From: an uncultured Chthonomonadaceae bacterium | GTDB taxonomy: Bacteria > Armatimonadota > Chthonomonadetes > Chthonomonadales > Chthonomonadaceae | Direction of reading: 5' to 3' | NCBI GenBank assembly: GCA_963817895.1 | Contig: CAWFQB010000001.1 | Location: forward strand, 1,088,001-1,152,000 | Length of the DNA stretch: 64,000 nt | Shown here: piece by piece, positions 20,375 through 27,015 of the stretch | Numbering within the stretch: the stretch's first letter is position 1 | Layout of the letters: every line of letters starts with the position of its first letter | Translations under genes and position numbers: made by a program | Notes under the pieces: model-generated | What the model saw: the letters and a program-made list of their open reading frames with translations, nothing else | Told to the model about the DNA's origin: nothing | Databases searched by the model: none

Positions 20375-21502
20375 ATGCCGACACTTGGAGAGGTCAAAGA
20401 GCAGATCAAGCGTGCTGATGGAAAAGATACTTTCCTCACTTGGAGAGAAGTACAGGACTTGCCGAATGTCCTAGCTGATGGCGAGACTATCCAGAGGGTA
20501 GCACAAGCAGGGTATAATGGCGTGACAGGTATGCTGTTGGCGACAGATCAGCGCCTTATCTTCATCAAAACGAACCTTCTGAACAAAGCAATGGTCCACT
20601 CTTACCCCTTCTCCAACATTGCTTCTCTCAACAGCAAGCCGGGTTTGCTATTCACTACTTTCAACATCGGCTTGTCTGACGGCGATTCTGTCATAATCCA
20701 GACGATTGCAAATGTCGTGGCACAGCGCATCTGTGACTATGTTCAGCCTCGTATCGGCGTCACAAGTCCGCCACAGACAGTCCAGAGCAGCAATATGACT
20801 TCCGAACTGGAACGATTAGCGAATTTACGGCAGCAGGGACTTTTGGATGAGCAGGAGTTTGCAGATGCCAAACAGCAGATCATAGCGAAACAGCCTAGGT
20901 TTCCACCCGCCGACATACGCTTGCCTAGTCTCCAGACGCCACATCAGCCCGTCTCTCCACAAAACCATACAACACAACCTGCTACGCCTTCACCTACGCC
21001 GCAAAGGACTCTAAAAAAGAGTACGATAAACAATATCTTTACTGCATTAGTGCTTTCTCCCATCTTCTGTTTCGCAGCGTATGTCATGATTTCTGACATG
21101 CGCGGTTCCTCGCAGACCAATATGACAATGAGTAGATCGTCTACGACCGCTACAACAGAAACGCCTGCTCCGGCTCCTGCTGAACCCGTAAAGCCATCGA
21201 AACCTGATCCAAAAGACAGTCCGGCCTTCAAGAAGAAGTTTGCGGCGTTGCTCGATAACCTGCGAGGTATCAGCGGTGTGACCGATGCAAAACAATTTGA
21301 CTGGGATCATTCTATGGGAACAATCAACGTATACGTCCCGGTCGGTACGAGCAAAGATCAGGCACGGGAAATAGCATCCGAGGCGTATCGCGAGTTTGTA
21401 CTGGTGCGGACGCCGTTCTATGGGGAAGATGCTGATAATTGTCAGATCGGAATACGGGATACAGATGAGCGTCTAATTCTTACGCGTAATAACCTGTGGT
21501 AG
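20375..21502 (+). CDS. Membrane protein with bacterial PH-like and SHOCT-like domains
   Basis: GMLLATDQRLIF (PH-like); ELERLANLRQQGLLDEQEFADAKQQII (SHOCT); one TM helix; RBS AGGAGG. Confidence 0.75.
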   Translation: MPTLGEVKEQIKRADGKDTFLTWREVQDLPNVLADGETIQRVAQAGYNGVTGMLLATDQRLIFIKTNLLNKAMVHSYPFSNIASLNSKPGLLFTTFNIGLSDGDSVIIQTIANVVAQRICDYVQPRIGVTSPPQTVQSSNMTSELERLANLRQQGLLDEQEFADAKQQIIAKQPRFPPADIRLPSLQTPHQPVSPQNHTTQPATPSPTPQRTLKKSTINNIFTALVLSPIFCFAAYVMISDMRGSSQTNMTMSRSSTTATTETPAPAPAEPVKPSKPDPKDSPAFKKKFAALLDNLRGISGVTDAKQFDWDHSMGTINVYVPVGTSKDQAREIASEAYREFVLVRTPFYGEDADNCQIGIRDTDERLILTRNNLW

Positions 21503-21522
21503 AGGTAGACTTCTACAATTCA

Positions 21523-21561
21523 AAGGGAGGTTCTAATCCAGCAGGTTAGAACCTCCTTTTT
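21523..21561. terminator. Probable bidirectional intrinsic terminator
   Basis: GGAGGTTCTAA...TTAGAACCTCC followed by TTTTT, between convergent genes. Confidence 0.75.
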
Positions 21562-21575
21562 CCCGTACACCGCCA

Positions 21576-21923
21576 TTACATAAGGCTCTGGTATCTGCCT
21601 GTTCCGGCGACGGCTTGCAGAACGTCGTTCGCCTGTGCCTGTGAGCGCAAGGCAAGTGTCTGCTTACGGAGTGCCTGCGCTTTCTGCCAGAGTTCTTTCG
21701 TGTTACGGTCTACCCGTAGAATCGCCTCATGTGGGTCTGTAAGTTCGCGTACACGTTGGTACGTAGCTTCGGCTATACGATGCGTTTCCTGTCGAACCTT
21801 CGGAAGTTCCCTCTGTGTCGCGCTATTCAGGCGTTGTGTCTGCGCTTGGAGCGTCGGTAGCAGCGCGTCCAGTTCGGCTTCGATTTCTTCGTAGTTCATC
21901 GTTCGTTCTCCTGTGTCTAGCAA
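21576..21923 (-). CDS. Hypothetical coiled-coil protein
   Basis: ORF with heptad-like helix; likely true start at the MNYEE ATG after AGGAG. Confidence 0.55.
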   Translation of the reverse strand: MLDTGERTMNYEEIEAELDALLPTLQAQTQRLNSATQRELPKVRQETHRIAEATYQRVRELTDPHEAILRVDRNTKELWQKAQALRKQTLALRSQAQANDVLQAVAGTGRYQSLM

Positions 21924-22219
21924 TGCGGGTAAATAGGGCAGCAGTGTGTTTAAATTGGTTCTGCCCTGAGTCTGTCACAGAACACGTACAAACGCACATC
22001 TGATGTCATATCAATCACCCCTGTCATATCGCTCTATTTCATGATATACCCCTCCCTCATGATATACCCTTCCACTTTCGCATGATGCCTGAGTGCTTCT
22101 ATTAGACGGCTAATTTTATAAAAGTCGCGGATGATGGAAACTGCCATACAGGAGGGAGACCCTTCCCCCTTATAGCCCCCTCTCTTGGAAATGAGGAGGG
22201 GGAGGTTACGTTTTCGTTC

Positions 22220-22876
22220 TTACTTGCTTACGGATACGCGGAGTACCTTCTGGTCGAGGAGTATCTGCATACCTCTGGCAAACCCATACAGATACGCCTC
22301 TGAAGACGGTTCCGCTTTGCAGTTGTACAGGTCGCCGTTCGTTCCGTACTGTTGATCTGCTGCGAGACGCAGATGATCGCGCATCTTCTGGACAGCCCTA
22401 CAAGCGCGACTCAGAGTAGCGACTGAGCGCTGACTACACGGCACCTTCTGCAATAGCCTGTGTAGTGCCAGAAGACCTTTCAGCAGGCAGAGTGTCTCGG
22501 CGCTTAGGCGCTTGTGGAGGTCACGCGGAATGCCTATCTTGCGTCCAGTAGGAGGTTGCACAAGGATGTCCTCAACGGCATAGGCCCATAAGACGAACTC
22601 TGTTGTCCCGATAGCCTGATCTTGGTAGGGCATTTCCGTGTCCCAGTGTGCCGCTTCGAGGTCACAGTACAGGTTGCTCAGTTGCAGGCTTGTGAGCCGA
22701 CTCTGGCGGATAGGAACCGATACGCCCGACAGGACATTCGTGAGCGATTCTGCAAGGCTGCCCATGCTCTGAGACAGCGCGAGAATCTCTTGTCGCAGGT
22801 GTTTCTTCGGTTTGGTTGTCGTCAGAGATATTTTCTTGAGAGTTGGTGTCATGCTCTGCTTGCTCCTATATCGCAA
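22220..22876 (-). CDS. Hypothetical protein
   Basis: 218-aa ORF co-oriented with the replication module. Confidence 0.55.
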   Translation of the reverse strand: MRYRSKQSMTPTLKKISLTTTKPKKHLRQEILALSQSMGSLAESLTNVLSGVSVPIRQSRLTSLQLSNLYCDLEAAHWDTEMPYQDQAIGTTEFVLWAYAVEDILVQPPTGRKIGIPRDLHKRLSAETLCLLKGLLALHRLLQKVPCSQRSVATLSRACRAVQKMRDHLRLAADQQYGTNGDLYNCKAEPSSEAYLYGFARGMQILLDQKVLRVSVSK

Positions 22877-22901
22877 TTATTGCGATACATTCCATATGCG
22901 C

Positions 22902-23258
22902 TCACGAGGAAAGGCAGGCCTCATAAGCCTCTGGCGCGTTTGTCTGTCTCGGCATGTCCAAGAGCCTTACCAGACAAATCGCCGCTTGCAGATCAGGTTG
23001 GCGGGTGTATACGCGGACAGTCTCGCCTGTGGTGTCGTCCTGTTGGTCGAGGTACTCTCCTCGCGCCAGATAGATAATCCCATCGAGAATATCAGGCAGA
23101 TGATCGGTGACACGCTTGCGAACACGGAGAGCGACATTCGCGAACCGCTCACGTTTTGGAACTGGGCCAGAATTGAGTGCTGCCCCTGCCCGAATGTGAA
23201 TAGGCCTCGTTTCTCGTGATTCTAGAGTTTGCATAATCGTACCTTTCCTGTGTGTCAT
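22902..23258 (-). CDS. Hypothetical protein
   Basis: 118-aa ORF; RBS AGGAAAGG before the MQTLE ATG. Confidence 0.5.
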   Translation of the reverse strand: MTHRKGTIMQTLESRETRPIHIRAGAALNSGPVPKRERFANVALRVRKRVTDHLPDILDGIIYLARGEYLDQQDDTTGETVRVYTRQPDLQAAICLVRLLDMPRQTNAPEAYEACLSS

Positions 23259-23430
23259 GGGGTATGTTAGGGTATGTTAGGGCATGTTTCGGCCTCCCCT
23301 TACCCCGGTTTTATAAAATTATAGTTTGTGTTTTCACCTTATGACGGAAGTTGAAACATACCCCCTCTAACGGAGTGTCTCAGTTAATCGCAGGTTTCAA
23401 AGAGTATCGTGCGCCATTTTTCGTTGGATG

Positions 23431-23506
23431 GCGTCTTTAGCGTTTTAAGCGTCCAAAGGTTAGAAGATATAAAACGCTTAAAACGCTAAAGACGCTAGAG
23501 CGCAAT
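23431..23506. repeat. Iteron-like 9-bp repeats (AAAACGCTT/AAGACGCTA) in inverted arrangement; candidate replication origin
   Basis: GCGTCTTTAGCGTTTTAAGCGTC ... AAAACGCTTAAAACGCTAAAGACGCTAGAGCGCAA. Confidence 0.65.
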
Positions 23507-23513
23507 CGGTTTA

Positions 23514-25859
23514 TCATTTTTCCTCTTCCTCTGTATCATCCTCATGGATGATCGTCCAGAACTCGCGAGGCCGTCCGTCCGTCTCCTCCTTTGTGCATGT
23601 TGCTAATCCATTTCGCTGGAGAAGCTCTAATGCTGTTGTCAGACGCGCCGTTGTGATATGCTTTTGGAATACGTCGTCGCGTATGTCCTTTCGACTCATG
23701 CCCTCTGTTGAACGCAGAGCAGATAGGACTTTCTCTGAATCCTTGTTGCCAAGAGAAGTGCCAAAAATGAAGGCAGCCGAGGCGTCGCAGTATTGCCAAA
23801 CGGCGAGAGCCGCCTTGAGATGTGCGGTGCATATCGTTTCCGACTTGTCCAACAGTGCGTAGAGCATAGATAGGCGAAGAACCTGAGCTTCTGCGCGGGA
23901 GGTAACATGACCGAGAACTCCCTCCCGATCTTCTGTGAGTGTCGGGTAAATTTCGCACCATAAAGCTCGTGCGCCCTCATCACGCTTAATCTCACCTGCG
24001 GATGAGGCAAAAGCAATTACTTCATGTAGTACCTGCCGCAGCGAAACAATATCCGACTCTGGAAGGTTTCCACCTTCTGGAAGTAGCTTTGACCGTTCAG
24101 AGCAAATCCAGAGGAAACGGTTGGCGAATCCGTTGAATAGATTGCTGCCTTTATTCAAGCATTGAAGCAACTCCTCTCTCGTGATATGGCCTACGATAGA
24201 GATATGAGCGTCTGTTGCGCAGTCGGGATTTGTCTTGGTAAGGTTTTTCAGGTTGCCACTGTCCCAAGCTTCTCTCAACACGGAAGATAGTTTGTTTGTG
24301 TCGCGTTCCATAACTTGCAACACGCCTGCGAATTCCGTTTCCTTATCGAGTAGGCGCTTATCGCTCACGCCGGGAACCATCACGGCTTCGTATTCCTTCT
24401 TTCGCTTATCGTAAATATGTTCTGTTCGATCATCCCTCACATGGTAAACAAGACCTTCGCCAGATGCCAGACCTCCCTTGATACAGGTCTTTACCCATCC
24501 GGTGCTGCCATCGTCTTCACTGAAAAGAGCGAGTATGAGGTCTAGACCTGTGCCTTTTCTTCCTCGTGAGGACTGCCCGACTGTCGCGCAAAATAGGTTA
24601 GTGTGATGTTTGGTAGCGCCTACCTTGAAGAAGGCCTTTCGGCCTATTCGGTTGCCGAAAGCCACTAGAAACTGCACAAGGAGAGCCGTCGAGTCGGCTT
24701 CTGTATGCGGCGCAAGTGTCTTGAGAACTTTTCCTACCAGACCATAATGCGCTTCTTCTGGTAGTGCCTCAGGCCATATCGAAATCATTTTTCTATTGCG
24801 CTCTAGCGTTTTAAGCGTCTTTAGCGTTTTATCTCCTTCGCCTATTTGCTCCTTTGTTTGACTTTGGACGCTTAAAACGCGGTGAGGAGAGTAGAAATCT
24901 GCTTCTCTTTTCCCCTCGTAAGCTTTGTATATCGTGCCACGCAAATACGTCGTATCTCCTCGTGCTGAATCGTACTTTTCACGGAATAGAGCGGATGCGT
25001 ACATGAGGCGCTCAACCTGCTCGTGTCCATCCTTTCCACAGTAGAAGGCGAGCTTACTGCATAGAGCAAGATCGGCGCGGCTGTCGTCGTCGTCATAGTC
25101 GCTAATGTCGCCGTCGTCGAATAGCCTCTTGAACTTGTCCCCGTTCTTCTCGTTCCTTGCCAATTTAAGCACAGCCATATCGGGGATTAGATCGCGCTCA
25201 CGAGCAGGGAAACTTTCTGAGCTACCGGCAATCAAATCCTCGACGACGCTCTCTCCTGAGAGTTCCTTGTACAGCGTCTGGAATTCATCGGTTCGCTCTT
25301 CAACGGTTGCCGGAGTGCCAGGCCAACGAACGCCCGTTACAGTAAAGTATCGCGCCTGTGTGTACATCTCGACTATGATGCCACCACAACTCCCCTTGCG
25401 CCCTTTGTGGTTTCCTTTAACTTTCACGAAGATGTGCAGGCCTGTACCAGACGGGCTGACTTCGGTGTAAGAGTCAAGCCGATTGACGATTTCCTGTGCT
25501 TTAGGACATATCTTCTGTCCTGTTGCGTCAATGACTTTATCGAGATCGATGCCCACGATATCATTCTCTTCGCTGAAGACGTAACCTATCCCCTCGTAGG
25601 TATGCCGGGACAAAGCTTGCTGCGCCTTCTCGAATGTCGCCCAATCTGACGGTTCCATAGTGGAAACTGCCCCTCCGTGTAGGGCTGAGTAGGGAACCTT
25701 CGTAGTTTTTTCTCCTCGTGTTTCTCGTTGCCACCCTACCCAAGCCTTGTGGTTTTTTAGTTCGTCAGGGACACATTCGTATCCATCTGTTTTAGGCATC
25801 AAAGTTCGCACTTGTCTTTTTACGGTCGAAATTTTAACCATTATCTGCGCCTCTTTCAT
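23514..25859 (-). CDS. Primase-polymerase (AEP/NrS-1-like) fused to a DUF3987/YfjI-like helicase and C-terminal winged helix
   Basis: GIGYVF, VGIDLD, YTEVSPSGTGLHIF; SRADLALC; GQSSRGRKGT; LREAWD; GFANRFLW. Confidence 0.85.
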   Translation of the reverse strand: MKEAQIMVKISTVKRQVRTLMPKTDGYECVPDELKNHKAWVGWQRETRGEKTTKVPYSALHGGAVSTMEPSDWATFEKAQQALSRHTYEGIGYVFSEENDIVGIDLDKVIDATGQKICPKAQEIVNRLDSYTEVSPSGTGLHIFVKVKGNHKGRKGSCGGIIVEMYTQARYFTVTGVRWPGTPATVEERTDEFQTLYKELSGESVVEDLIAGSSESFPARERDLIPDMAVLKLARNEKNGDKFKRLFDDGDISDYDDDDSRADLALCSKLAFYCGKDGHEQVERLMYASALFREKYDSARGDTTYLRGTIYKAYEGKREADFYSPHRVLSVQSQTKEQIGEGDKTLKTLKTLERNRKMISIWPEALPEEAHYGLVGKVLKTLAPHTEADSTALLVQFLVAFGNRIGRKAFFKVGATKHHTNLFCATVGQSSRGRKGTGLDLILALFSEDDGSTGWVKTCIKGGLASGEGLVYHVRDDRTEHIYDKRKKEYEAVMVPGVSDKRLLDKETEFAGVLQVMERDTNKLSSVLREAWDSGNLKNLTKTNPDCATDAHISIVGHITREELLQCLNKGSNLFNGFANRFLWICSERSKLLPEGGNLPESDIVSLRQVLHEVIAFASSAGEIKRDEGARALWCEIYPTLTEDREGVLGHVTSRAEAQVLRLSMLYALLDKSETICTAHLKAALAVWQYCDASAAFIFGTSLGNKDSEKVLSALRSTEGMSRKDIRDDVFQKHITTARLTTALELLQRNGLATCTKEETDGRPREFWTIIHEDDTEEEEK
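24797..24881. repeat. Second iteron-like cluster inside the primase-helicase linker
   Basis: TTGCGCTCTAGCGTTTTAAGCGTCTTTAGCGTTTTAT ... TTTGGACGCTTAAAACGC; inverted copy of 23431-23506. Confidence 0.65.
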
Positions 25860-26046
25860 AAAAGTGAGCGGGACGGGCGCATTCGTCCCGCTCTGTTCTG
25901 GGGATCAACCAGAACACTGTTGTTGCTTTTTCAGAGGAAACCTCTACTGCGCCAGCAACTTGCCCAACGTGTATTTATATCTACTATTAGTATCCCTCCT
26001 TTTCATGGTTTACTCTGATAATCTAACAATAATATATTATTAGATT

Positions 26047-26388
26047 TTAGTTCAGATCAGATTTAGCACCTCTTGGGATGACTATGCTCGGATTGAGTTG
26101 TTGGTACTTGGCAATGTCCATCATGACTTCAGCCAAGACAAATTTCCCCAAAAACTCCATTTGATCCGTCACCGTCAGGAATTGTTCTTGCAGGCGAGTT
26201 CCGTAGGTGGTAATTACGTCGTCGCCGTAGGAACAACTCCGGTTTTCTAACAAGCGATGCAACTCACGCATTGCTTCTGCGTTTTCTCGAAAAATGCTAA
26301 TGGCGCTTCGCATGTGCTTACTGATGTTCTCCAGCATTTCCACCTTGTTGCTATTCACCAGCACTTCCATCTTGTTCTCTTGAGACAT
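26047..26388 (-). CDS. Hypothetical protein
   Basis: 113-aa ORF, RBS GGAG. Confidence 0.5.
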   Translation of the reverse strand: MSQENKMEVLVNSNKVEMLENISKHMRSAISIFRENAEAMRELHRLLENRSCSYGDDVITTYGTRLQEQFLTVTDQMEFLGKFVLAEVMMDIAKYQQLNPSIVIPRGAKSDLN

Positions 26389-26480
26389 GGTTTTCTCCGA
26401 TCTCTTCTGAGTCGAATCGAGCCAGTTATGGCTCAGAAATCATAACAACCTTTTTATATTAAAATTGGGGCCATAAACGC

Positions 26481-26522
26481 AAAAAGGCCGAGACGATTCA
26501 CAATTAATGAATCGTCCCGACC
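26481..26522 (-). terminator. Intrinsic terminator inside the island end, downstream of tRNA-Val
   Basis: Minus strand GGTCGGGACGATTCA-loop-TGAATCGTCTCGGCC-TTTTT. Confidence 0.7.
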
Positions 26523-26772
26523 ATGATTTTCAGTTGTTCTGTAAAGGCTAAATTTTAATATAAAAAGGTTGCAAGATTATTGTACAGTAGCCATAGGAGT
26601 TTGTCAAGCAAAGTTTTGAAAATCGGAAGAAACAGATGGAACAGCGGTTGAGAGGACGCCCAAGACAGCGCTTCGTATGGCATAATAAAGGACGTAGGCA
26701 GCGCTTCGTTCGCGCAGTTCTACGCCCTTTAGGAAGATAGACAGACACAGATTTGTGAGGAAGAATCGGAGA

Positions 26773-26844
26773 TGGGCAGTACAAGATTCGAACTTGTGAC
26801 CTCTTCGGTGTGAACGAAGCGCTCTACCACTGAGCCAACCGCCC
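26773..26844 (-). tRNA. tRNA-Val(CAC)
   Basis: GGGCGGTTGGCTCAGTGGTAGAGCGCTTCGTTCACACCGAAGAGGTCACAAGTTCGAATCTTGTACTGCCCA: canonical cloverleaf, anticodon CAC, CCA not encoded. Confidence 0.95.
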
Positions 26845-27015
26845 CAGACTAACACTGTCTCATATTCACGAAACTTTTGGCTGAACGGGCGCGGACGCCT
26901 GAACAGCAGAAAAGATTGAATATAGGATACTCTTTTTGAGCGCGATTGTCAAGAGTTTTTGAGGACGAAAATCAAGGATGATACCCCCTGTCCTTTTGTT
27001 CGAGGAGCCTTTCCT

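Larger units (their letters stand above)
15619..26844. mobile_element. Integrative element / phage-satellite-like island in tRNA-Val(CAC), ~11.2 kb
   Basis: 51-bp direct repeat 15619-15669 / 26771-26821 (4 mismatches; 26-bp identical core spanning the anticodon arm); tyrosine integrase at one end; primase-helicase; AT-richer cargo. Confidence 0.92.
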
